Below, piece by piece: positions 41,883 to 55,860 of a stretch of DNA of 64,000 nt; position 1 is the stretch's first letter; the number at the start of each line of letters is the position of its first letter. The position numbers were made by a program, and so were the translations under genes. The notes below the pieces were generated by a model that was not told the origin of the DNA, ran no database searches, and saw nothing but the letters and a program-made list of their open reading frames with translations. The DNA is taken from assembly GCF_009914755.1 (NCBI RefSeq), contig NC_060935.1; one strand, 5' to 3'. The DNA is from the human T2T-CHM13v2.0 reference genome, Homo sapiens.

Positions 41883-42374
41883 CATTGTCGTTTATTTTAA
41901 TTCTGTATATACATCATCATCATCACTGCTGTTTTATGCGGCCAACATTAATTTAGATTTACCCATACATTCAGCATTTAATTGCTCTGCCTTTACTCGT
42001 TGCATCATTGAGCTTCCTCCTACAATCATTTTCCTTCTAGTTAAAGAATATCCTCTGGTATTTCTCTAGGGCAGGTATGTTGGTGATACATTCTCTCAGT
42101 TTTTATTTGTCTGAAAATGTCTTTATTTCATCTTAATCATGAAGAATAGTTTTGTTAGGTATAATATCATAGGTTGGTAACTGTTTCCCTTACATATTTT
42201 ATATATATACAAATACATCATTGTCCTTTTTTCTGGTTTCCATTGTCTCTGACAAGTTAGCCACAATCTTATTGCTTCTTCTTTGGAGGTAATCCGTCTT
42301 TTCTCCTCTGGTTGCTTTTAAGATCTCTCTCTCTTTTCTTTATCAGCTTTAATATGATATGCTTAGGTGTGGAT

Positions 42375-42656
42375 TTCTTTCTTTCTTTCTTTCTTTTTTT
42401 TTTTTTTTTGAGATAGAGTCTCGCTCTGTCCCTAGGCTAGAGTGCAGTAGTGCGATCTTGGCTGACTGCAACCTCCGCCTCCTGGGTTTAAGCAATTCTC
42501 TGCCTCAGCCTCCTGAGTAGCTGGGATTACAGGCACCTGCCACTGCACCTGGCTAATTTTTTGTATTTTTAGTAGAGATGGGGTTTCACCATGTTGGCCA
42601 GGCTGGTCTTGAACTCCTGACCTCATGATCGACCCGCCTCAGCCTCCCAAAGTGCA
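42375..42656 (-). mobile_element. AluS, 5'-truncated, (TTTC)n tail
   Basis: Antisense Alu ending at cctcccaaagtgc. Confidence 0.92.
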
Positions 42657-44549
42657 GATTTTTTAAATGTGTGACAATAGAGTTTGTAGAGCTTCTTGAA
42701 TTTGTGGCTTGATATCTTTCATCAGTTTTGAAACATTTTCAGACATTTTATCTTCCGCTCCATTCTCTGTCTCTTCTTCTTTGGGATTTCTTCTCACTGC
42801 ATCCTCTATGTCCTTGATACTTGGAATGTGGTCTGTGGATCATTACCAGCATCACCCGGGAGCACGTTAGAAGTGCAAAATCCGAGATTCCACCTGAGAC
42901 CTGCCAAATCAGGATCTGAATTTTAACATGATCCCCAACTGATCTGTATACACACTGAAGTTTAATGTTTCTTACCTGCTCTTTTAATTTTCCATCTATT
43001 TGTCTTTCTGTGCTACATCTGGATATTTTCTTCTGCCTATATTCCAATTCACAAGTTATATCTTCAACTGTGTTTAATGTGTTATTAAACCCATCAACTG
43101 AGTTCTTAATTTCAAGTATTAGGGTTTTTTTCCCCTAGATTTTCCATTTGATAGTTTCCAATTCTCTGAAGTTTTCAATCTGGTCAAGCAAAATTATCTT
43201 AAAGTCCATGTTTGATAAAACCCAAGTTGGAAACCTTTGTGGGTCTGTTGCTCTTATCTGTCTTTTTTTCCCTGCTGGCTTTTGTTCATGTTGTCCCATT
43301 ATTTTTTATTGTATGCCAGACACGGCATTTGCAAAATAGTTTGTAGAAATAATTTGTGGCATCTGCTGATGTTATCTTCCTAAAGAGAGGATTCATGTTT
43401 GCTTCTGATAGGCACCTGCAATCTGGGCATGAGCAATCTGGGGTAACTTAAATTCAATTTCCAGTATTGGGATGATTTGAAGGTGAACTGTCTGCTTTTG
43501 GTCCACTTTTACCCTTAGAGTGCTGTCCTTCATGGTCTCACCTCTAAGTGAGGGGGATTCACCAGACAGACCCCCACATCCTGGCAGGCCCTGACCTCTA
43601 GCTCATGTCTTTCTAGTGCTGTTCAGCTTCTTGGCCACTTCCTCCAGATTCAGCAAATGTCCCCTAGGGGAGGAGCTGTTCCAAATGTCAGGCTCACCTC
43701 CAGGGCCTCTATTTTCCCCTGGATCCCGGCCTAATGATTCTTCACTCTCCTGCTAGCTTTATGATGCCTTCAACAGGTGTTCTAAAAAGTAGTTTGTCCA
43801 TATTTCCTAGCTGTCCTCCGCAAGAAGAGTGAGTTTCAGTCACCCAATCCACCCTTGCTGGAGATAGAACTCCTCTGGTATGTTTCTCTGAACTTGTCAC
43901 TGCCGTTCATCCTCAGTGCTGCTGCCCTAGTACATAACTTCCTCGTCTCTGCCTTAACAGGTTCTAACCAGTCTCTCTGACACTAGTCCTCATTACCCAC
44001 CCTTTGCCTGCCATCAACAAGAATTACCTTCCTAAAACATGGGTCTAGTCATGCCTCTTCCTCAGTTAAAGGTCTTTAAAGTGGTTTAAAATCCAAGTCA
44101 GCTTTGCATGTGGAGGTCATATTGCTAGGTTTGGTATTCACAGGGGGAGGTTGAGGAGTTAGCACTGGAACTCATGAATTGGGTCCAGCCAAGCCAGCCT
44201 GAAACCACGCTCAGACTGAGATCTGGACTCAGTAAATAAACCTGAATTTATGTTTGCATTTTGTTCTTTTAAATTTATTTTGCTTTTTTCTAAATTTCCT
44301 GATATTGTTTTTCCTTTAGAAAAATGCAAAATCCTGAGGGTGGGATCACGGTGTCTTCAGATGAGGATATTTGCAAAAGCTCCCATACCAGGGCTGGACT
44401 TGGACCACAGATCTGTCTGCTTTCCATGCCAACTGAGTAATAACTGTAAAAACTTCCACCTATGAATGGGAGAGCCTGGTGGAGCTGGGGTGGTTGTGGA
44501 GGACAGGCAGAGTTGACTGCTACCCTCTGCCATTCCCTCCTAGTCCTTG

Positions 44550-45045
44550 CAATTAGAACCTAACTTTTGCTTAGGTATCTGTGTTCCTCCACACTTCAGA
44601 GACAGCTGTCTCTACTGCCTACAGTAGAGGGTATGTCGTGCTTGGGGTAAATCGGTCCTGATAATTCCATTTCCCGTTTGGTGACTGTCTTAGCAAGAGG
44701 CATGTGGCCCCACTCTGACCAATGGGAAATGAGGATAAGTCTGTTGAGGGGGTTTCTGGGAAAGTTACTTTGACTCCCAAGAGAGGCATGCCCGCAGGAA
44801 GAGACTCCCTCTTCTCACTCTGAACTCTGTCTTGCCTGGTGTGATGCCTAGGGCTGCAGCCATCTTGAAATCATAGCAGGGGCAGCTGATATTCAGAGGA
44901 TGGCAGAGCAGAAGGCTGGGAACCACTGACTTAACCAACCCTGGAGCTGTCCTACTCAGGACTTCTTGCTATGTGTGATAATAAATGTGCTTATTGCTGA
45001 AATGTTTTTGCTGGCTTTCACAACAAAAAGCTTCCTAACAGACAC
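44550..45045 (+). mobile_element. Old MLT1 (H/I/J-like) LTR
   Basis: catgtggccc..ctgaccaatg..ttctgggaaag..gcagccatcttg..gaggatggcagagcagaag..gacttcttgctatgtgtgataataaa. Confidence 0.7.
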
Positions 45046-45250
45046 AAGTAGTTTGATGGAAAGGATAAAGTATACGGAGACAAGAAAGCCTGGATTTGTC
45101 ACCTGTTAGTTGAGCGGCATTTGGAAAGTAGCTTTCACTCTGAAGGCCTCAGTTTTCTCCCCTGTAACATGGAAATAATGCCTCCCTCACAGGGCTCTTG
45201 GGCAGGTTAAGTCATATTATGACTGCTATTCTGGATGAGACGTCATCTGA

Positions 45251-45621
<371 letters not shown>

Positions 45622-47401
45622 TGAAGCAATCATTTCATTGCCAGCACCTTGGTAGCCATAAAGCACCTGCTATTTGCTAGTACTTGACATTTTAGACGTG
45701 GTATTAGTACTTGATGAGGTACCACTCTCCCCATGTTATGAGGAAACTGGGGTTCAGGAAGGCTAAGTGACTTCCCCATGAATGCCAGGCTGGGGGCATG
45801 CACTTCCGCTGTATTTACCAGCGCCTTTTCCATGCTGCGGCGCCGCCTCCCGAAGGTGAGGGGCAGTGCTGCTTTGGGCCCGGGCTCCTGCTGTGTATAA
45901 CCATGAGTGGCTCTGGGGCAGAGGGCTGAAGGCTCCTTGCAGGGAGGGGTGATGCCCCTAGACCTCTGGGTTCCTCACAGGGCCTTGCCTTGTTCAGTTA
46001 AACAGGTGGAGGTGCTTATAGCTCAGGCCTTGCATCAGAATAGGAGGCAAGAAGAAGGCTGGGGGCCCCAGGGGCTCATTTCTGGAGGCCAAAAGGTGCC
46101 TGAGTGTGGCCCTGAGGCCTCAGATGGGACCAGGCTCTAGATGCCATCTCAGCACAGTCTCCACGCTGGAGCAGGTGGCTCTGCCCGGAGCTGTCCCAGG
46201 AGGCCTTGATGGGAGGATTAATGACAGGAAAAGTAGGGCAGGCAGGTTGGTAAATATTGAATTGCTCAGAGCTTAAAGGGAGAGGGGGCCTGCTGGAGGT
46301 GGAGAGGGAGGGAGAGCCGGGAGATTAAGCTGAGCTGGGAGCTGGTCCAGTCCCCGGGCACTGGGCGACAATGGCAGCTTCTCCCCCACCACTCCCAGCC
46401 GAGTCGTTCCTTTTCAACATGTCAAACCCTTCCAGTGCCTTCAGCCAAATTGTTTGGGTAGGATCTAGACTCTGGGTCTCCATATCCCTTGAAAAAACTA
46501 AGGGTGAGTGGAAAGGAAGCCACCATGCCAAGGATGTCTCCCGCTTCTGTGCCTGCTGTGTGCCAGTCGCTTGTCACACCTCTTCTAGTAACGGGGCACC
46601 CGGCCCAGAGCACTCACCTGTGAAACAACTGAATGATGGAGCTGGTACTGGGAGGGGAAGAAAGTGGCGGGGCTGGAGGCGGAAGCCCAGAGCTGTGTGC
46701 TGTTCATGCACTGTGCCTCCCTGGCGGTCCCTGGGGTAGTGCAGCTCCAGGCCTGGGTGGAAGCCTGGTCCTTCTCCTGGCCTGTTCCTCCTGGGCTGAC
46801 TTCATCCCAGCCTCCCCTTTTCCCCTGCCCTTACCGTGTCACTCTGTCCTTGAGTCTGGCCCTCTGTCTCTGGCTTTCCTCCAGTTCTGCCCCATGAGGA
46901 AGGGCTTTGAGATCACCCAGCTCCAAATGGAGGCACACCCCCATCCCTGCCTTGACAGTCCAGGGCCAGGACCATGCTGCGGCCTCTGTGGGGTGACCAC
47001 AAAGTCCCTAACCCGTGATGTACTGAGCGATGCTCCTGCTTCCCCTAGCCCCAGCGTGTATCCAGAGGAAAGCAGGCTGAATCTTGCAGGGGAGCAGATG
47101 CCACAGAAAGAATGCCCATGGTGTGGGAGGAGAGGGTTTTTCCGGCCTCTGACTCAATGCTGCAGAGAGCAGGTGTGTATGTAGGGGGTGCGGGGGGAGG
47201 TGCAGGGAGGTTCACAGTTGCTTATCTGCTCACGCATGAATCCTAGAGCATTTCCCTCAAGAGTCCTCAAGGCTACTCTCCCACAGTTTGAAGGCCAGGA
47301 GAAAGGACAGTACCCTGCTCTCACCCTGCCTCCTGGGGTGGGGCTGAGGGTTAGCAGTGGGTGGCAGGGCCAGCCTGTCCCAAGGAGAGGCCTGGACTCA
47401 C

Positions 47402-47557
47402 CGTCCTCCTTGGTCTGGATGTAGAGCACACTGCTGCGTACGCCGTCCCCAGCCTGGGTGTAGGCCAGCACCTGGACGCTGTAGTTGGTGAACTTCTCCA
47501 TGCCCCGCAGCTCCACCCGCTCCCGCGTGGTGGTGATGTTCTGCATCTCGCCCCACT
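47402..47557 (-). CDS. DSCAML1: DSCAML1 exon 19: FN3 domain 3, second half ([39 protein letters not shown]...TKED)
   Basis: tggcag/gtgagt; 156 nt. Confidence 0.97.
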
Positions 47558-50098
47558 CTGCCAGAGACCAGCAAACTCTGAGGACCCAGCTCCATCGGGC
47601 TGTGGCCCCTGCTGCTACCCCTGCTGCCTGGGCTCTGCCCACACCTACTGCACAGGCTCAGCCCTCGACTCCATGGTGGCGAGGACTAGAGGGTCTTTCA
47701 CCTCAAGGTACCCAGGAGCAGATGCGGGCCACTGCCCCCAGGCCACGTCTCTCTAAGGGGCCAGTGAGGGCGAGCCACAGATGCTGGCCTGGGCCCGGCC
47801 TCAATTGACCTTGCACCAACTTCACCTTGACACGCTCTTTAAAACGCCTCTCTCCATCTCTCCAGGCAACATTTCTCCCTCCCGCTACCCAACTCCCTTC
47901 CCATGGGAGAGCCCAGAGTGGCTTGGACCTGGATGGAGGAGGTCCCGTGCAGGAGGCACAGCTCAGCAGCCACTCTTCCTGCTGGCCAGCCCGCCTTGGG
48001 CCGCCAGACCTCCCTGGGCAGTTATCAACCTGGGGATGGTGTGTGACAGGCTGAGGCTGCCTCCCCTGCCTCTGACCACTCCTGGGCCAGTGCCCTGGAC
48101 TCCCAGTTGGGGTAAGGGGCTGAGTGACTCATCTGCCTTCTCCCCACTGTTGGAGACACCCAGCCATTCCCTGCACAGAAAGCCTGGGTGAGTCTGGTGG
48201 AGCCGATAGCCTTAGCCAGGAAGGGCTGGGACACTCCTGAGGCTCAGGGAGGACCCAACGTCCCAGCCCTGCAAGGACCTTCTCATAGACTCTAAAGAGG
48301 AGCTTAGGGAGAGAGTCCCATGGGGGCCAGAGTTGTAAGAGGAGGAAAAGGGACAGACTCTGGAGCCTCCCACTAGGACTGCTGGGCTTTCAGAAAGACA
48401 GGTCCAGCAACGGGCTGAGGACCAGCCTCGTAGACATGAGTTCCTGGAGACCCCCCTCCCAGCACCTCGCGGATGGTCCAGGGCAGGCAAAAGGCCAAGG
48501 CAGAGGGCCTAGCCAGGGAAAGCAGCAGCTGCTGGGATCCAGAGGGCAAGAAGGCTGTGCCCAGCGTGAGAAGACTCCAGGTCAGTGAAGGAGGACCCTC
48601 GGAGGTCAGAGCAGCAGGGCCTTCCTCTCCTGGAGTCAGAAACCAGGCTGGCCTGTCCAGGACTGGAGCCAGAGAAAGGGCAGGAAGAGGGCAGCGTGGT
48701 CAGGAGTCCAGCTTGTCTTTGGGGATTACTGAGGCTAATACATTCCTTAGGGGCTAAGCTGGAGAAGCCCGCAGGCTTCGAAAAGAGGAAGCGAGTTCTG
48801 GAAAACAGGGAACCACCCTTTACTTGGTTCCACACAAATATGAATGTAGTGAGGTCACATTGTGAGCAGCGTGGCCTGACACTGCACAGCAAAAGAACTG
48901 GGGAGACCTTCAGAGAGCTCAATCTGAGCTAGAGCCCTCTGCTTTTTGTGGGAGAGAGTGGAAGTGGTGGTGGGGAAAGACACTTCCTACTGGCAGTGTG
49001 TCTGGGCAGAGCAGAATCTGGATGGGAGAGGGGACCGTAGTAGCGCTGGACAAATGACTGTGAGCTGGATTCCAAGGTCCTCCAGGAAAGAAGAGAGGGC
49101 CCAGGGGGCTGGGAGGCAGAAAGTGCAGGAGCTGGGTGGGGGGCAAACTCATTTTAGTCCTTTGTGGTCTACTGAGATGACTAAGGCCTTTAATGGAGCA
49201 TTTCCACAGTTTGGGATGCCTGTCCTCTGACCTGTGTGAGCTACAAGTCTCCAGGTCACGTGAAGGTCTGTGTACACCAGTGGGCAGGAGCTTGGTGTGC
49301 CTGCGGGAAGCTACTCAAACCTGTTTGCACATTCCAGGGCGAGGAAGACATTCAAAAGTTTGGGCCATCTTACTGGTTTCTCTCCATTTGCCATTTCTCT
49401 ACCCCCCTGCTCCACTGTGCGCACCTCTCTGCCCCTCTCTGGATCCCGGGCGGCTTGTCTGCACAGAAAACACGCCTTGCTGCGTGCCTGGCTCCAGCTG
49501 GGTTTGGCCAAGGGAGGCTCTCCCTGGGTTCTGGTAGCCCTGCTTCCTCCCTCTCCCCCTTGGCCTTAGGTGTTGATGGCTTCCTGCTGATGCTGGTCCC
49601 AGGTGCCCACCTCCCTCCTCAGTCCCTTCATTAAACTCTTTGATCGCCCCATTTGAGTGTACCGACTATTCCCCACCGGTCCCTGGCTCACATAGCCATA
49701 AAGGCCTAATATCAACACGTGAAACTAGAAAAGCCAATCTGCCCCTATCATGCCCCCAACACTTCCCCAAACACACACTGTTGTCCAGGAGTAGCTGGGT
49801 GTCTCCTTCCCACCCCTCACCAGAGATGCCACCCTAGGTACCACCCCCCCACCTTGCTCCTGGCTCTGACCCCAGTTGAACACGGAGGTGTTCAAGTGAA
49901 TCCCGAGCCCCTTCCTCACTCTCCCCCGGCCCCTATAGCCATTATCGCCCCCCGTGGTCTCCCCGTGTGGAGAAGAGGGGGCTGCACTTCCTCTTGCCAA
50001 GCTGTGGGAGGATGCTCAGCTCTAACTACGCCTGGAAGCAGACTCCACTGACCTGCGCCTCTCCCCTGAGTCCCAGCCATCAGTCCCAGCAGACTCAC

Positions 50099-50245
50099 CC
50101 CCATCAACATAGAGGGACCAGAAGATGACCCGATAGCCTTTGAGGACGCCATTGAGGGTGCTGCGCGGGGGCTCTGACCAGGAGATGACGGCCACGTCAG
50201 AAGTGATGGACAGGGCCCGGACGTTCTCAGGGGGCTGGCTGGGCA
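50099..50245 (-). CDS. DSCAML1: DSCAML1 exon 18: FN3 domain 3, first half (VPSQPPENVRALSITSDVAVISWSEPP...YRVIFWSLYVDG)
   Basis: ctgcag/gtgagt; 147 nt. Confidence 0.97.
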
Positions 50246-51944
50246 CTGCAGGGGGTAGGGGGAGAACCAAGGGTCCAGTCAGTCGTGGATGTGAGTGACA
50301 GTACAGCAATTGTGTCCCAGGCTGGGTCCCGCAGTCCAACCAGAGGAGCGTCCAGTTAGACAAGTGGGGGGACCTCCTGACTTGAGCATCCTGATTGTTG
50401 GGGCAGGGAGGCTGGGAAGTGAACCGAGTTTCCTTTCCTGGAGATTGGGGCAGACAGAAATCTTTACAGACTTGGTTCCTTGCTCTCTGGGTAGCACATT
50501 CCTGGTTGTGGTTAAATCCTGGGGAAGAAGGTGAGGAACTCTGGGCACGAGCCCCTAGGAATTCCCCAACAGGCCACCACGACCCAGGCAAATCCTGCTG
50601 TGATGAACATGACAGACCTGGAAGGCCACCAAGCCAGCCCTGGAGGTGTCTGCAATGCATCACCTCATCTGATGGCTGCCAGCCCCTCTGTGTCGTCTGA
50701 CCAGGGGTCTGGGCCAAGGCCTGGTTCTAGGGACTCCTGTGTCCTTGTTCCAAGCTAAAGGGAAGGCAAAGAAGGGAAAAGGACTTCAGCTAACCCTGGT
50801 GCAGGAGAGGAGTTTCTACCCGGACCTTGGGACCTCTGGGACCATTAAAGCTTCGCTCGTGCCCTTGTATTCAAACACACCAAAAGGCTTGGTGTGATGG
50901 GAAAACCCTCTCTGAGACCAGCTTAGGTGCTTCTCCCGCCAGTCACACTCTCCCTCTGAGAGCCACCTTTGAGTTTAAGCTGAGGTTCACCCTGGGGCGC
51001 AGTGCAGCCTGCCCCTCCTGAGATGACAGGCCTCCGAAACCCCACGCCCCAGGATCCACCTCAGCTCGGGGGAGCTTTGGTGGCACTTCCTGCTGGCATC
51101 CGAGGGCCAGGGACAAAGCGCAAGACGGAGTCTGCTTCGCTCCGAGTGGAAGAAAGGATGCACAGGCTGGCTGGAAGGAAATTAGATCCCGTTGCCCCAC
51201 AAGAGGCAACTCTAATTTTTATGAGCATTTAAATGATAATACATCATCCTAACGATCCTCTTTGAGAATGATTATTGTTTCATATTACTTAGGTGTAAAA
51301 ATATAAGCACCATGTAATTAGGGACCCAGTGTAATAAACTAATACAGATCGCCCATTCGAACAAAATGAAGGTAATATAATTATGGAAAAGACACTATTG
51401 CTAAAGCAGGGGCCCTTGAATACCCCAGGAGGAGTGCTAATATTGCCAGGAAACGATCAGGATCTGACAGGCTAACGAGGGCCTTAATTAAGTATGAAAA
51501 ACTGCTGAGCAAATGCTGCTGGAAACTTTCTTCTCCCCTCTCCTCTGTTTTGAAAATGACTCCATAGCCTGTGCTGATCTCTCCCTGTTGGAAATTCCAG
51601 GGGCCCCCCACGAGGCAAGGGAGGTGATGTTTGGACAGAGGCCAGAGGTGGGCCTGGCGTGGCCCGGGTGGTGCATGGGAGCTTAGCGTTAGGTGGGGCA
51701 GGCTGGCCTCGGCTCAGCACGACTGTTCCCTGGACACACCTTCCTAAAGCCTCCTGCATCTGCGTCACTTGTTCGTGCATCCAGCCTTGCTCCCAAGCAA
51801 AAGGGAGGCACAAGGTGAAGCAGGAAGGCTATGGGAATCAGAGATTTTGATCCAGACTCTGTTGTTTTCTGGATAGATGGTTCTAGATGGTTTAATCTCC
51901 TTGAGCCTTGGCCTCCCTTCATGGATAATTGTGCGACTCTTGGT

Positions 51945-52215
51945 GCTATGATTCCCAAAGGTGCTCCCTGGACAAGCAGCATTACCTGGGAACTTATTAG
52001 AAATAATACATCCTTTTTTTTTTTTTTTTAGAGATGGGGTCTTGCTGTATTGTCCATGCTGGACACCCGGATTAGAAATGAACATTCTTGGCCCCCACCT
52101 CAGACCTGCTTGAAGCAGAAGCTCTGGGGGTTGGAGCCCAGCAACCTACATTTCCTAGACCTCCAGGAGGTCTGCTTTGTGCTCAGGGCTGGGAACCAGG
52201 TGTTAGGGCACTGCT
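51945..52215. mobile_element. MER5A-like element interrupted by a short antisense Alu fragment (~52013-52070)
   Basis: gcagcattacctgggaacttattagaaat [Alu fragment] attagaaatg..ggcccccacctcagacct; attagaaat is duplicated. Confidence 0.7.
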
Positions 52216-53590
52216 CAAATGAACACTCCTGGCACTAAGAGGAGACAAGCTGATCTTCCTCAATCCAGCCAGGCCCGAGGCCAGCATCTCAGGGTGGGAG
52301 GGATGGAGAGGGATAGCGAGGGCCATGGGCTGAGGGCTTGGTTGTGGTGCGGCTCTCCTCCCTCCCCCTGGACTTCTCTGCCACGTGCCTCTTTCCTTCT
52401 TTCAGTTCTCCCCTCTTCTCAGGTGCTCAGTGCTCTGGGGCTATTGAAGTCGGCCCCATCTTAAAGCCCAGCTTTTGCCCCAGAATCATGAAATGAGAAT
52501 CTCTGGTGTTGAAGCCTGGCATCAGTATTTTGAAAGTTCCCCAGATAATGCCAACTGGTGGCCAGCGTTAGGAACCATTGGTATGAGCGAATCTACTTTC
52601 AGGTGTTTCTGACCTAATGTGTCCACCATCCCCAGGGTGCTGCATTTTCAGAGAGGATGAGCTAGGAGGAGGACATTGCTTCCTCTAAAGGAATAGCTTT
52701 CTGATGGTGAAACGCTTGGTCTCCTGATGGGAATAGGGAAATATCATTCTGCCCTCCGGACTGTTGGTTTCGCTCTGTTGGGGCGGGGTGGGTAGGCTCT
52801 GACTCGGGGGGCTTTGGCCTCAGACCCTAGCTTTGGGTTGGGGCATCAAGAAGGAAGCTTGGAAGAATGCTCTGCTGCTTCTTTATTCTGCTCTTTAGGG
52901 GACAGAGGTCAGCCTGGCCCCTTCTCTGGGAGCATCAGGGGCCATGTCCTTTTTCTCAACCTGGTGCGGGCTCAGGTACCAGCTGGCATCTTCTCTGTGC
53001 TTGGAGAGCAGGCATATTCCTGCTTCCTCCTAACCCTCTCCTCCTGGAGAGACTGGGCCCTTTGATGTGCTAATCAGAGTGTGGGGTTCTCTCCAGTCAT
53101 GGAAGAATGAAGACTTAAAAATCCTCTAAATCCTCTGCCGCATGCACGTTAGGATTTCTTAACTCCTCAGCCTCATCTCAGGTAGATGGTGGACAGGTTC
53201 CAGACTAGAACACAAAGGCAAATAGGACCCAGGTGTAGAGGGAAGAGAGAGGGGTTAGCGTGCCAGGAAGAAGGAGGAAGGCCAAGGGAGAAGCGTGGAT
53301 GGGGAGACAGGTGGACAGACAAGTGCTCAGACAGGCCAACAGGTCAACAGAGACCGGATGAGCACAGCATCGGTCAAAAGGAAGGAGAGGCCCGATATGC
53401 TGAATGGCCCATACATCTCTGGAGGAGCTAATGGACAAGAGGAGATGGCAGGGATGCAGGGAGCCTGCGTGGACCACAGGACCAAAATGGGGCCCAGGGG
53501 CAAACAGAGGGACCCACAAACCCTCTCTGGCAGCCCTGGCTCTGCCCATGGCAGGAATCTGTGCCCACTCCCTTCTGCTGGGGCCCTCAC

Positions 53591-53831
53591 CATCCTCCAG
53601 AGTGGTGGCATTGATCTCGCTGGAAGAGGGCCCCGTGCCAGCCCGATTGAAGGCCTGGACCACCACCCCATACTGGGCGAACTTCTTGAGGTTGTCCAGG
53701 GTGTAGACCTCGCTGTCCCCCGTGGCCTTCATCTCCACGATGCTGTACTGCCCGTTGCTGCCGGGGCTGTTCTCTCTGTAGCCAATCTGGTAGCCCCGGA
53801 TGACACCGTTCTGCAGCTCCTTCTTGGGTGC
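53591..53831 (-). CDS. DSCAML1: DSCAML1 exon 17: FN3 domain 2 ([20 protein letters not shown]...[21 protein letters not shown]...TLED)
   Basis: tcacag/gtgagg; 241 nt. Confidence 0.97.
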
Positions 53832-53869
53832 CTGTGAGCATGGGGTGGGGGTGGGCACAAAGAAATGGC

Positions 53870-54425
53870 AACACGCTGAGATGATGCTCTTAAAACCAAA
53901 GTCAGATCATGTCACTCCTCTGCTCCAGCCCTTCAAAGGCTCCCATCTCACTCAGAATGAAAGCCAAAGTCCTTACAATGGCTACTCTACCCTGTGTGAC
54001 CCGACCTCCCATTACCTCTCAGATCCTCTCCTGTGCCCCTTGCTTCCTGCGCCCCAGCACTCTGGCCTCTTTGGCCGCATCCCCATCTCAGGGGAAACAC
54101 TCCTCCCCTCTGCCGCGTCCTTGCCGAAATGCCTCTTCTGAACGAGGCCTTCCTTAACTCCTTATGTAAGACAGCTCCCTGCCTCTCTCTGGCACTCCTT
54201 ATTTTTCTTCCCAGTTTATTTTCCTCCACAGCACTTAGCATCATCTGACAGTCTATAAATTTCACTTATGCATTAGTGAAATTTGCCTGTCTGCCTGCAT
54301 TAGAACGGAAGCACTGTGAGGACGCTTTGTTACTGTCGCACTCTCCGTGTCTAGAATGGTGCCTGGCATACTATGGGCCCTCAATACATATTGAATGAAT
54401 GAATGAATGAATGAATGAATGAATA
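53870..54425 (+). mobile_element. L2 3' end with (GAAT)n tail
   Basis: gtcagatcatgtcactcctctgctc..gctcccatctcactcagaatgaaagccaaagtcct..gtgcctggcata..tgaatgaatgaatg. Confidence 0.85.
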
Positions 54426-54529
54426 GGGATATCATTTGGCATGGGTTCAGGGGCCTGGGGAAAATAGAACAGCAGACAAAAAGTAATAAGATGGAGAGGG
54501 AGGTGAGCAATTAGTTTGAATAAAAAGAA

Positions 54530-55520
54530 AGAGTCCCAAGATACCACTTCACATCCATTAGGACGGCTCTTATAACAATAATGGAAAATAAGTGGTAGTG
54601 AGGATGGAGAAATGGGACCCTGTACATTGCTGGTGGGAATGGAAAGAGGCACCGCTACCATGGAAAAGAGTTTGGCAGTTCCTTAAAAAGCTAAACATAG
54701 AATAACCATACCATCCAGCAATTCCATTCCTAGGGTTTATGCCCAAAATAATTGAAAACAGGGATTCAGAGAGATACTTGTACACTCATGTTCAAAGCAG
54801 CATTATTCAGAATAGCCAGAAGGTGGAAGCAACTCAAGTGTTCACCAGGAGATGAGTGGAGAAGCAGAATATGATAGTGCAATACAATGGGATAGTATGC
54901 AGCCATGAAAGGGAGAAAACACTGACATCCGTCACAGCGCGGATGAACCTTGAAGACACTGCACTAAGAGAAATAGGCCAGACAAAAAAGGACAAAAGCT
55001 ATTTGTCCGATTCCACTTAGGTGGTACTTAGAATAGTCAAAATCAGAAGAAAATAGAAAGGCCAGGTGCGGTGGCTCATGCCTGTAATCTCAGCACTTTG
55101 GGAGGCTGAGGTGGGTGGATCAGTTGAGTCAGGAGTTCGAGACCAGTCTGGCCAACATGGTGAAACCCCATCTCTACTAAAAATACAAAAAATTAGCTGG
55201 GTGTGGTAGCACACACCTGTAGTTCCACCTACTCAGGAGGCTGAGGCAGGAGAATCGCTTGAACCCGGGAGGCGGAGGTTGGAGTGAGCCAAGATCGACA
55301 GAGTGAGACTCTGTCTCAACAAAAGGAGGGTGGAATAGAGCTTTCACGGGGAGCTCATGGTTCATGGGTACAGAATTTCAGTTTGAGAGGATGAAAAAGC
55401 TCTGGAAGTGCTAGTGGTGATGGTTGTACAACATTGTGAATGTGCTTACTGCTATTGAGCTGCACGCTTAAACATGGTTCAAATGGTAGATTTTAAGTTA
55501 TATGTATTTTGTTAAAACTA
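54530..55520 (+). mobile_element. L1MB-like 3' end interrupted by an Alu
   Basis: gataccacttcaca..cattgctggtgggaatg..ccagcaattccattcctagg..atgttcaaagcagcattattca. Confidence 0.85.
55060..55325 (+). mobile_element. AluS with right-arm deletion
   Basis: gccaagatcg joins directly to acagagtgag (ccactgcactccagcctggg missing). Confidence 0.92.
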
Positions 55521-55807
55521 GAGAAAAAAAGATCCCTGACTTTCACCTGGGTGCAGCCCCTCTGGGAACTCTAAGGCTGCAGTGCCCCAGACGCCAAGGC
55601 CAGGGATTGGGGAATGGTGAAGGCTGAGGCCCGAATGAGCCCTGGATGGAGGCACAGAGATGGCAAGGACTTGGAGGTTAGAAGGGGGCTGGTGGGAATG
55701 AAGACTGAGCCCAGTCAGCCAGGCGAATGGAGAAACTCCACTGGCATCGGTCTGGGGCTGGAAAACACTCTCATCCCAGGCTCGAACCCTGATAGACACC
55801 CAGCCAG

Positions 55808-55860
55808 GTGCGCGCACGCATGCGCGTGCACACACACCCCCCCCCCCCCCCCCCGCCGCC
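55808..55860. repeat. Alternating purine-pyrimidine tract followed by a C18 run
   Basis: gtgcgcgcacgcatgcgcgtgcacacacac, with C run at 55837-55854. Confidence 0.9.

Larger units (their letters stand above)
40780..43870 (-). mobile_element. Old antisense L1 remnant (ORF1/ORF2 region) with nested Alus and MER5A
   Basis: T-rich text typical of antisense L1 (gtctgaaaatgtctttatttca, tttcatcagttttgaaacattttcagacattt). Confidence 0.7.
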
